From assembly GCF_030144855.1 (NCBI RefSeq), contig NW_026781503.1, forward strand, positions 124,001-188,000: DNA of 64,000 nucleotides, given 5' to 3'. This stretch comes from Hypanus sabinus. Its lineage: Eukaryota. The translations under genes and the position numbers were made by a program. The stretch's first letter is position 1. Every line of letters starts with the position of its first letter. Positions 50,811 through 61,602 of the stretch are shown piece after piece. The notes under the pieces were generated by a model. The model searched no databases and had not been told where the DNA came from. It was given only the letters and a program-made list of their open reading frames with translations.

Positions 50811-52579
50811 CTCTCCTTTCGATGCAAACATCCTCTCCATGTCCACTGTCACCATGCTGTTCAGCATTCTGTGGGTTTAATTAAGATCCCGTCCACCTCT
50901 ATACTTCTGAAATCCATGGAGTACAGGCCCAGAGTCATCAAATGCTTGTCCAACATAAACCCTCTCATTCCTGAGATTATTCTTGTGAACCATGAGAGCA
51001 ACAGTTGTACTGAACACATTTCCATGAACAACAGGGAAAGTGGTACCAGGATAATTCACAGGGGAAAACTGTGGTTTCTTTACGGTTCCACTAAGTATCA
51101 CTAAACAAGCGCCTGTGCACAGGTTCATTTCAAGAGGACAAAGTTCGCGATTTGGATTCAAAGCCGTTCCTCAGAATGGTGTCAACTATTTTCCGTTTTT
51201 GTGAAGATTTCCAGCATCTTGAGATTCTGCCTGATTTTCCCCGACTGACAGGCAGGTGGCAGTGAGGGGCGATTTCCAACCACAGTTTGAACACCAGACT
51301 CACGGGTCTATTTCTGTTGCAAACACGGAACAGCCCGTTTACTCACAGCCTCTCTCTGTGAGGGATGGGATGGTAACTCATCCACTCCTCAGTATAGCAG
51401 TTATTGCTTCCAAAGGGACTCCAGAAACAAACATCTGAACCCAGTACAGAAATACTCACTCACACATCATAACCACAGGCAGTTTGATCCCCGAGTCTAT
51501 TGTACTTGGATCTAAACCTGCGATATCCCAGGATCCAACCACACAGAGTCACACAGCTGAATCTGTCACTCTCTGAACCTGGAATCCTCGTACGCAATCC
51601 CTACATCTCACAGTGCGTGGTTTAATCAGGGACTTCCCCAAAACCAAAGCCCAGCACCCCAAAAATTTTGATTCATTGTGAAAAGAGGAATATTCATCTT
51701 CCATCTGTGGAAGTACTGTCCTGGGTCAAATCCCAAATACTGACAGGTCTATATGCCCAGTGTTGCCCAGGATTACAACTCAAACAGCAACTCGCCCAGG
51801 ACTCCTTGTTGCCAGTAATATGCTGAGGTGTCTCGGCCATTCAGAGTTCAAACACCAACACTCCGACATCAACCTGTGGCAGAACGGGAACCTGATGATA
51901 TTCTGACTGAGTCAGATGTTGGGCTGGAAAACCTGGGGCGGGGCAACTGCAGGCATGTTTCACATTTCACATTGTCTCCACCAGCTAAACTGAACACAAT
52001 TTATCATTATCCTATTGTTAACTGAGATCATGCACAGCACTATTGACCATCGCATTTCCTGTAGGCTAACAGGAATAAAACAAGTTTAATATCAAATTGA
52101 AGTTAAAGTGCCGGAAACTCGGTACATCAGATTGGATCTGTGGAAAGAAGAAACTGTAGAAGATCCAGTGTCGGAACTGGGACTGTCCAAGATGCTGCCC
52201 GATCTGCTGAACGGATATAGCATTTTCACTTTTCACTTTATACGATGCACAACTATAAACAGATTACAAGATACTTGTGATGGCCTGAACAAAGTTGCAC
52301 AAATATAATGCCAATATTCATTAGTTTTCTCTTCAATCCAGTACAGGGATGAGCAGTTAGTACACATAACATCCTCCCCATCCCGCTATCAATCCATTAT
52401 TTCTGCTTCCAAGCCCCCTTCCGATAAAGATTATCACGGCGGACACTTGGTAAATTCGAAGCTAAAATCGTAATGGCTGTCTTTACACTACCATGTGCCT
52501 CATTTAATAAATCTTCTGGTAGACCCAGGTAACAAACACTGATTTCAGAAATAACTCAGTAAGGCAAAATACATCACAA

Positions 52580-52980
52580 TGAAGACAACGGTAGAAGATA
52601 AATTGTTGATGTATAAATTGGTGGGATACAAGTGGACAGAGTATCTACAAGGTGGTTGATATATATCATTGAGGAGTTGGGACCCAGGCTGGACAGTGGA
52701 TGATCAAGATATTTGATATATATCATTGAGATGGTGGGATGCAGGCTGGACAGAGACTGAACAAGATGGTTGATAAATATCATTGAGATGATGGGATACA
52801 GACAGGACAGAGATTGAACAAGATGGTTGATACATACCATTGAAGTGGTGGGGTACAGGCTGGACAGAGTTTGAACAAGATGGTTGATATATATCATTGA
52901 GTTAGTGGGATACAAGCTGGACAGAGGTAGAATAAGATAGTTGATATATATCATTCAGCTGGTGGGATACAGATTATCCT
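52580..52980. repeat. 57-bp minisatellite, ~7 diverged units (paralog of 28770-29250)
   Basis: aacaagatggttgatatatatcattgag core. Confidence 0.9.
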
Positions 52981-52994
52981 AGATGGGCAGGGAA

Positions 52995-53760
52995 TTAAGT
53001 TGACTTTATTACTTACATCCTTTATATACCTGAGTAAAAATATTTACTTTTCCGTCTGAATATGCAATGTGCAATATCATAATTTATAATAAATAGTATG
53101 TACAAAAGTATAACATACAAATACTATTTTGCCAGCATGAATTAATCAGTCCGATGGCCTGGTGGAAGAAGCTGTTGGTCCTGGCTTTTATGCAGCGGTA
53201 CCATTTCCCGGATGGTAGTAGCTGGGATAGTTTCTGGTTGGGGTGACTCTGGTCTCCAGTGGCTTGAGGTGAAATAGGCTCTGCTGTGCCTTTTTCTCCA
53301 CGCAGCCGGTATATACAGGCGACGTGAGATCCTCGGTGATGTGTGAAGGAACTTAAATCTATACACCCTATCAACTCCAGATCCATTGATATCAACTGGG
53401 GCTTCCCTCTGTCCGTTCCTCCTTCAGTCCACAACCAGCTCCTTTGCTTTTGCTACATTAAGGGAGAGTTTGTTTTATTGACACCAGTGTGTCAGGGTGA
53501 ATGACTTCTTCCCTGTAGGTTGTCTTATTGTTATCTGAGATTAGGCCAATCAGTGTACTATCGTCAGTAAATCTGATTAGCTGTTTGGAGCTGTGGGTGG
53601 CAACACAGTCATGGGTGCCCAGAGAGTAAAGGAGGGGTCTAAGGAGAAGACCCTGGAGGGTATGTGTGCTGAGGGTCAGAGAGAGAGAGCCCACACTTAA
53701 AACCTGCCGGCGATCTCACAGTAAGTCCAGATTCCAGCTACACAGGGCAGGGTGAAGGCC
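52995..53760 (-). mobile_element. Rex1/Babar-type LINE fragment
   Basis: LQGLLLRPLLYSLGTHDCVATHSSKQLIRFTDDSTLIGLISDNNKTTYREEV; LLPSGKWYRCIKARTN-SFFHQAI. Confidence 0.85.
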
Positions 53761-54764
53761 ATGGAACTTATCCTTGTCGATACTGCACGCCTTCGTATGT
53801 TTACTCCTCTGCCCATGACTGCAAGGAACTGCAGAGAACATCAGAGAAACAAGCCTCCACTCCATGGACTCTTCCTACACTTCCCCTCCCTCGGAAAAGC
53901 AGGTCATGTACTCAAAGATCCTCACAACTTGGACATTCTTGCTGCAAAACCTGCTCCCCCATCGGAGAGAGATAAAAAAGCCTTAAAGCGCGTAATACCC
54001 AGCTCAAGGACGGCTTCCTGTCTGTGGTTATAAGCCAAATGAATGATAAAATGGAATCGGCCTCACAATGTAACTCGACGTGACCCTGCACCATATGTCC
54101 ATCTGCACTGCACTTTCTCAGCAGTCATAATGCTTTGTTACAGTTATTATTTTGTCGTATATCAGCTCAATATACTGTTGCAACGTATCGATCGGTGTGG
54201 ATGGTATGTCAGGCAAGATTTTCACTGTATCTCAGTACATGATGAGAATAAACAAATTGCCCATTCTAATTGTGTGGAAATATTAGGCAGACTGGGCTTC
54301 TGCTTTGGAACATCAAAAGGAAACTTAACTGAACTGTTGTCATTTCTGAGGAATGCAAATAAATAGAAAAGGTTTCAATCTCGCATTACGATCCGCGGTA
54401 ACTGTGAACAGGTAACTGGGTCTCCCATATCAATATCTGAATCAGGTTTAATAGCACCGGCATATATCATGAAATTCTTTGCCTTTGCGGTAGCAGTAGA
54501 ACCTAATTCATAACAGGTGATTTTAACAATTATGAATTACAAAAATATACACATTAAATCGTTAAATTATATAAGTAGTGCAAAAATAAAAATAAAAACT
54601 AATAAACTCTTTTAATTGTGTGGAAATTCTGGAGCAAAGCTTAACTATAGTGTACACATTTATGAGGAGCTCAGGAAAAGATAAAATCCTAAATTCTCAT
54701 TTCAATGGGCCACATATCCAGAAATATTGGCTGCACTTTGTCAGGTCGAAACAGTGGAATAGAC

Positions 54765-56030
54765 TATAAGACCATAAAATATTGGAGCCTAAGTTGGCCA
54801 TTCGGCCTATCGCGTCTGCTCCGCCGTTCAATCATGGGCTGATCCAATTCTTCCAGTCATCCCCACTCCCCTACCTTCATCCCGTATCTTTTGATGCCCT
54901 GTAATCAAGAACCTATCTATCTCAGCCTTAAATACACCGAATGACTTGGCTTCCACAGCCGCTCATGACAACAAATTCCACAGATTTACCACCCACTGAC
55001 TAAAGTAATTTTTCCGCATTTCTGTTCTAAATGGACGTCCTTCAATTCTGAAATCAGGCCTTCTTGTCCTAGCATCCCCTACCATGGGAAATTAGCTTTG
55101 CCATATATAATCGGTTCAGGCCTTTTAGTATTCAGAATGTTTCTATGAGATCCCCATTATTCTCCTGAACTCGAGGGAATACAGCCCAAGACCGGCCAGA
55201 CGTTCCTCATATGGTAAATCTTTCATTGCTGGAATCATTCTCGTGAATCTTCTCTGAACCCTCTCGAATGTCAGTATATCATTTCTAAAATAAGGATCAC
55301 AAAACTGCACACAATAGTCTGTGTGATCTCACGAGTGCCCTATAGAGCCTCACCATCGCATCCCTGCTCTTATATTCTGTACCTCTAGAAATGAAAGCCA
55401 ACATTGCATTTGCCTTCTTCACCACAGACCCATCCTGGAAGTTAACCTTTAGGGCATCCCGCACAAGGACTCCCAAGTCCATTTGCATCTCTGCATTTTG
55501 AATTCTCTTTCCATCTAAACAATAGTCTGTCCATTTACTCCTTCCAGCAATTTGCCACTTCTTTGCCCATTCTCCTAAACTACCTAAATCTCTCTGCAGG
55601 CTCTCTGTTTCCACAACACTACCCGCTCCTCCACCTATCTTGGTATCATTGGCAAATTTAGCCACAAATCAATTTATGCCGTAGTCCAAAGCATCGACAC
55701 GCATCGTAAATTTCTTTATTCAGCCTGTAGAGACTCTACACCTTCCAATCCTATGTCATCTCTTTCCAATGATTTAATATTATTTCTTGTACACATGGCC
55801 ACACCACCTGCTGTGCCCACTCACCTATCTTACTGATACACCTTAAATACTTGGACGTTCAGCTCCCAATGGCAGCCATTCTTTAGCCAAGTTTCACAGA
55901 TGGTCACAGCGTCACGTTTGCCAATCAGGAGCTGAATTGCAAGATAGTCCATTTTATTCCTTATGCTGCGTGCATTCAAATACAATACTCTCAGTCTTGC
56001 ATTTGTTGCTTTCTGTTTCAATTGCCCCAC
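54765..56030 (-). mobile_element. CR1 remnant with internal deletion
   Basis: LYLNARSIRNK (APE); AKFANDTKIGG; KKANAMLAFISRG. Confidence 0.88.
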
Positions 56031-56534
56031 GACTCTATTGTCCTGTAACTCATGCCACTAGCTTTGATTACCCTTTACTCACAAGTTTGGGTCGATCATC
56101 AGCACGCAGTGCACACCGGATGTGTGACTGTCACTTCGTATAATACATTGATGCAGATGTAAAAGATGATGAGAGGCATTGGTCGTGTGGATAGCCAGAG
56201 GCTTTTTTCCCAGAGCTGGCTACAAAAGAAAGATCAGAAGCATTTGGAAACTGGTTGACCGAAAAAAAAGTGGTTAATTTCTGCAAAATACTGCTGGAAA
56301 TCAACCGATCCGGCAGTAAATGTGGAGAGGAATAGACAAAGTTTAGACCAAGCCCGCTCCGCATGCCGAGTGTGTACTCCTCTGCTTAGTTGCTGCCTGA
56401 ACTGCAGAGTTCCTCCAGCATTTTGTATGTGTGTGTCCCTGTATTTCCAGCAACTACAGAATCTCCTGTGTTTTACACCTGCGTTTTACTTTGGCATTAG
56501 ATACACTTTGATATTGAGTATATTGTTTATGGGA

Positions 56535-56775
56535 GCCGCTTTCCGCGTTAAACCAGCTGCTGATTTTTCTATATACACGAAAAAAATGAGGTATAGACGT
56601 TGAACCGGTGCTTGCAGAAATGTTTAATGGCACCGTGATTACCCATAAGGCGCTGCGTTAAAAATTTCCCCGGCGCCGAAGCACCGATGAAATGCGCAGG
56701 CGTCAGCGCTGATGACGTCTACGAGTATCACGCATGCGCGTAGTACACCGAAGGCCTTGAAAATTTCTGGTGCAG
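56535..56775 (+). promoter_or_regulatory. CpG promoter and non-coding first exon of the zinc-finger gene
   Basis: NRF1-like TGCGCAGGCG 56693 and ACGCATGCGCG 56730; CRE-like TGACGTC 56713; donor CAG|GTAAGA at 56776; matching acceptor ttaatctttttacag| at 59372. Confidence 0.7.
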
Positions 56776-57074
56776 GTAAGAAAGTTTCTCTGTGTTTTTA
56801 TCTTAAACACCGACTTCAGGACAATTCCTGTGAAATCCGGTCACCGTGACCCGCAATCCCGGGATAGTCCTGCTCTCGTCCCTCACTCTCAGTCCCACTA
56901 TCTGTACACGGGCCCCGGGGAGCTTCCGGCTGATGAGGGAATGGGAACCGATGGATCTCTCAGACAGAGCTGAGCTCCAGCTATCTATATGCAAGGATTA
57001 GGAACTCGGAGAAAGGGAACAAAATATTTTACATCACCAGTTGAGAAAATCGCCTTTGTTCTACGTCCAACCTC

Positions 57075-57212
57075 TAACAAGAGAAAATCTGCAGATGCTG
57101 GAATTCCAAGCAACACGCACAAAAAACTGGAGGAACTCAGCATTAGTACTCTTTTCCACAGATACTGCCTAGCCTGCTGAGTTCCTCCAGTATTTTGTGT
57201 TTGTTGCTTGTT
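57075..57212. mobile_element. Penelope-derived hairpin fragment
   Basis: Inverted arms caagcaacacgcacaaaaaactggaggaactcagca / tgctgagttcctccagtattttgtgtttgttgcttg. Confidence 0.7.
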
Positions 57213-57229
57213 CTCCTCTTGCTCTGGAC

Positions 57230-57790
57230 TTTTCTACCGGTGAGAACATGTTTTGTCCCATTCTCTCTGGGTACATAATGATATCAAACACCTTTGGCTT
57301 GGGCAACAAGTGGCTTTCACATCAAAAATATGCCAGACTCCAGCCAGACTACTGCCCTTCCCTTCATATACATTGGCATTGCATTCACTGAGTTCACCAC
57401 TGTCAGTCATTGGGGGAGGGTTTAGGGGAATATTTTTGTAGAATATAGAAACTGGTGATACCTGTGTGCATTGTGGTGATGCAAAAGTTGCTGGAGAATT
57501 TGCAAGTGGGAAGAAGTGGAGTGATATTTGGAAATCTGAATTTTTAAAGTGTAATTTATCAAGCAAACCACATATGGACAATATGCAAATGCTTTGGTGA
57601 GAAAATCCTTCATTACCCATTCCAGGCCTGCTACATAGGTTTTGTGAAAGTGCAGATGAACTTGATCGAACCCAGAGGAGATCAAAGTTCCTGTCAACAG
57701 TGATTTGCCAGCTATGAAAATGAATACATCTCTATATAAAATTTACTGTGCACATCTTATCACTGGATAAAAAATGCACAGTATCTGCAG
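57230..57790 (+). mobile_element. Probable hAT transposase remnant
   Basis: ETGDTCVHCGDAKVAGEFASGKKWSDIWKSEFLKCNLSSKPHM resembles an N-terminal CxxC...H transposase finger. Confidence 0.45.
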
Positions 57791-57799
57791 ACTGATGAT

Positions 57800-58290
57800 T
57801 ACAAGTTAGAGGGGCTATTGGTGAGAAGGCGGGGAGATCTCCAGTGTCCCTGATGCCCTCACATACAAGATGTGCATCCAGCTGCAGCTTGTAACCCTGC
57901 ACTTCAATGAGCTGGAACTTGAAATGGATGAATTCCCGATCATCCAGGAGTTGGAGGTGTTGATAGATATGACATGCAGAAAGGTGAGTTACACCCAAGG
58001 TGCAGGGCACAGGAAACTGGGTGAGAGTCAGGAAGGGGAATGAGGTTAAACAGGCATCACAGAGTACTCTAGTGGCCATCCCCCACAACAACAGGAAGAC
58101 TACTTTAGAAGCTGTTGTGGGAATTCCCTGGCAGAGGGCTAATAGGGGAACAGATCAAGAGGTGACTAATATCCTAGTGGTAAGGCTTGCCAGAGGTAGT
58201 GGGGGGGGGGGGGGGGCGCGGTGGTTATGTGGTTAAAGTAAGTTGTAGGAGGAATGGGAGCCAGAATGACAGAACAGATAGTGGAGATGG
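57800..58290 (+). mobile_element. CR1 ORF1 fragment
   Basis: tccagtgtccctgat...tgcatccagctgcagc..gagctggaacttgaaatggatgaa, homologous to ~12530-12640. Confidence 0.65.
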
Positions 58291-59779
58291 TGAATTAAAT
58301 TGACTTTATTATATACATCCTTCATATAGATGAGGAGTATAAATATTTACATTATGTTACCATCTAAATGTGCAATGTGTATTGAAATTGTTGTATAATA
58401 ATTAGTTTGTATATAGGACAGTCAAGAAAGCATAGGAATCAATTAATCAGTCTGATGGCCTGGTTGAAGATGATGTCCTGCAGCCTGTTGGTCCTTTTGC
58501 TGTGGTGCTGTGTGCTGGATGGTAGCAGCAGGAACAGTTTGTGGCTGTGGTGAATTTGGTTCCCGATCACCTTTGTGCCCTTTTTATACAAATCCATACG
58601 CCTACCATCCCGGCTCCCATCCAAACTTCATTTAAATAGGGAAACTGAGCTCATATTCACCACTTGTGTAGGCATCTCATTCCACACTCTCACGGTCATT
58701 TCAGTAAAGACCTTTTCCATATGTTTCCATTAAATTTTCACATTCCCCTCTTACCCATGAACTCTGGTTATTATCCCACCCAGCCTCAGTGGAAAAAAGC
58801 TGCTTGCATTTATCCTATCTATACCCTCATAATCGTGTATACTTCTAACAATTTCCCAAAGCTATGTATAATTTCATTGTTTATGTTTAGAGCCTTTTCT
58901 AGGTGTATAAGATGATGAGGGACATTGATCGTGTTCATAGCCAGAGGTTTGTTTTCCCAGGGCTGAAATGTCTAACACGAGGGAGCAGAGTTTTACGCTA
59001 GGAAATAGGTACCGAGGGGATGTCAGGGATAAGATTTTTACCCAGAGAGTGGTGGGTGCGTGGAATGCACTGCAGGCTATTTGACTGAGAGTGTTTCAGT
59101 TACTGTGGGGCCAGGAACCCATCAGCTCAGTGGGAACAGGGATAATACAAATGTCTCTCCAAACTGTGCCAGGCCAGAAATGCTCCATTCTTATAGAGAG
59201 AGGCATCTTATAGATACCAGCAGTGTGCCCAGTTAGATGATGAGTTCACTCTCCAACATGTGTTGAACCTCACTGTAACAGTGTGATGTCAGTTCACAGC
59301 TTCACAACTCAAGTGATCCCATCTGAAATGGTGTCCTGGACCCACGGATGCATTTTGTTAATCTTTTTACAGGTTCCAAATGACAAGAAATTTCTCTACG
59401 GGAATCTAAAACGCACCACGCCAGTTTTGCTGTCTCTGTCCAGATATTTAAGAAGTGGAGCAAGGGATTCACTCGATCATCCTTCCTGCTCAGACTGTGG
59501 GGAGGATTTCACTCTATCATCTGACCGACAGGCACGCCTGTCATTTTAAACAGGTGATTCAGATTCATCTGCTCAGACGGTATGAATGGATTCAGTCGGA
59601 TATTTCAGCTAAAGGGACATCAGCAAGTTCACACTGGGACAATGCCATTCACCTGATCTCTGTGTGAGAAGGGATTCAGTAGGTCTTCCCTCCTGTGAAC
59701 AAACCTGTCAATTCACACTGGGGAGAGGCCTTTCACCCGCTCAGACTGTGTGAAGGGATTCACTAAGTCATCCACCCTA

Positions 59780-61027
59780 ATGGCTCACCAACGAGTTCAC
59801 ACTGGGGAGAGGCCGTTCACCTGCTCAGACTGTGGGAAAGGCTTCAGCTGCTCATCTAAACTGAAGGTACATCAGAGAATTCACACTGGGGAGCGGCCAT
59901 TCACCTGCTCAGACTGTGGGAAGGGATTCACTCAGTCATCTGAACTGAAGGTACATCAGAGAGTTCACACTGGGGAGCGGCCGTTCACCTGCTCAGACTG
60001 TGGGAAGGGATTCACTCAGTCATCTAAATTGAAGGTACATCAGCAAGTGCACACTGGGGAGAGGCCATTCCTCTGCTCAGACTGTGGGAAGAGATTCACT
60101 CAGTCAGCCCACCTACGAGCACACAGGTCAGTTCACACTGGGGAGAGGCTGTTTACCTGTTCATACTGTGGGAAGGGATTCATTTTGTCGACTCAGCTAC
60201 TGAGACACCAGTCAGCTCACACTGGGGAGAAGCCATACACCTGCTCAGTGTGTGGGAAGGGATTCACTCGGTCATCCGCCCTAATGGCTCACCAGCGGGT
60301 TCACACCGGTGAGCGGCCGTTCACCTGCTCGGACTGTGGGAAGAGATTCACTCAGTCATCTCACCTACAAGCACACAGGTCAGTTCACACGGGGGAGCGG
60401 CTATTTACCTGCCCGTACTGTGGGGAGGGTTTCACTTTGTCATCTCAGCTACTGAGACACCAGTCAGTACACACTGGGGAGTGGTCGTTCACCTGTTCAG
60501 ACTGTGGGAAGGGATTCACTCAGTCATCTCAACTGAAGGTACATCAAAGAGTTCACACTGGGGAGCGGCCGTTCAGCTGCTCAGACTGTGGGAAGGGATT
60601 CACTTGCTCATCTAAACTGAAGGTACATCAACGAGTTCACACTGGAGAGAGGCCGTTCATCTGCTCAGACTGTGGGAAGGGATTCACTCGCTCATCTGAA
60701 CTGAAGCTACATCAGCGAGTTCACACTGGGGAGAGGCCGTTCACATGCTCAGTCTGTGGGAAGCGATTCACTCGGTCATTTCATCTGAAGGTACACCAGC
60801 GAGTTCACACTGGGGAGAGGCCGTTCACCTGCTCAGACTGTGGGAAGGGATTCTCTTGCTCATCTCAACTGAAGGTACATCAGCGAGTTCACACTGGAGA
60901 GAGGCTGTTCAGTTGCTCAGACTGTGGGAAGGGATTCACACAGTCATCCCACCTACAAGCACACCGGTCGGTACACTCTGGGGAGAAGCCATTCACCTGC
61001 TCAAGCCTGAATTATACCTCTGAGTAG
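59780..61027 (+). CDS. Tandem C2H2 zinc-finger protein, 14 complete fingers, no KRAB; ~415 aa from first in-frame ATG
   Basis: 14 x F/Y-x-C-x2-C-x3-F-x5-L-x2-H-x3-H with TGERP-type linkers; ORF open 59750-61027; start codon uncertain; decayed fingers at 59480-59780. Confidence 0.93.
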   Translation: MAHQRVHTGERPFTCSDCGKGFSCSSKLKVHQRIHTGERPFTCSDCGKGFTQSSELKVHQRVHTGERPFTCSDCGKGFTQSSKLKVHQQVHTGERPFLCSDCGKRFTQSAHLRAHRSVHTGERLFTCSYCGKGFILSTQLLRHQSAHTGEKPYTCSVCGKGFTRSSALMAHQRVHTGERPFTCSDCGKRFTQSSHLQAHRSVHTGERLFTCPYCGEGFTLSSQLLRHQSVHTGEWSFTCSDCGKGFTQSSQLKVHQRVHTGERPFSCSDCGKGFTCSSKLKVHQRVHTGERPFICSDCGKGFTRSSELKLHQRVHTGERPFTCSVCGKRFTRSFHLKVHQRVHTGERPFTCSDCGKGFSCSSQLKVHQRVHTGERLFSCSDCGKGFTQSSHLQAHRSVHSGEKPFTCSSLNYTSE

Positions 61028-61602
61028 GCACTATCGTGTAGCATATGCAGTAGCCCATGCATGTTGTCTGCACAGTTGTGAGCATTTCTACTTGTGTGTT
61101 TGTGTGCCTGCGTCGCTCTGCCAAAACGCTAGTTGGTGTTGGGGTGCTATTCCACTGTGTTGAATTGACTCGAGTGGAGTTGGGCACGATGGCAACTGCT
61201 GAGTTCATCTTGTTGGAGTTGGAGCTAATGGATGTTGAACAAGAGTTACTTTTATTGAAATTACTGCAGCGCAGAAAGAGAGAAGTTTTTCCATTTCTTT
61301 GTGCAGTCCATGACGTCCAAGCCGGTCTTGTGGAAATTTCTTTCCACAAATTTGATGCCATTTTCAAGTCTTTATTGTGTGCCGGTGAAGAGTCGTGCAA
61401 ATGTACATATTTTCTGACTTCCTCACTTACCCTCTCCTCAATTTGTTCCATTTTCCAACTTTGAAACAACAGGATATGCGTAGGAGGAAACTGGCTGCTG
61501 CCAAGTAGATCAATCACAGTTCTTGCTGTCTGTGTCACCACAATGCATAGTTACAGTTTTGGGAATGTGCACGTTAGGCTACATTAGGCAAAAGACTCTC
61601 TT
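61004..61602. mobile_element. Internally deleted PIF/Harbinger-like element (convergent transposase N-terminus and MADF/Myb remnants)
   Basis: + 61189 MATAEFILLELELMDVEQELLLLKLLQRRKR; - 61451 MEQIEERVSEEVRKYVHLHDSSPAHNKDLKMASNLWKEIS (MADF-like); begins agcctgaattatac right after TCA. Confidence 0.72.

Noticed and set aside
52574-52954. 126-aa ORF of 19-aa repeats
   Set aside because: Translation of the 57-bp minisatellite
60993-61541. 182-aa minus ORF as a domesticated MADF gene
   Set aside because: MADF-like similarity breaks after about 45 aa at an internal deletion; treated as a transposon remnant
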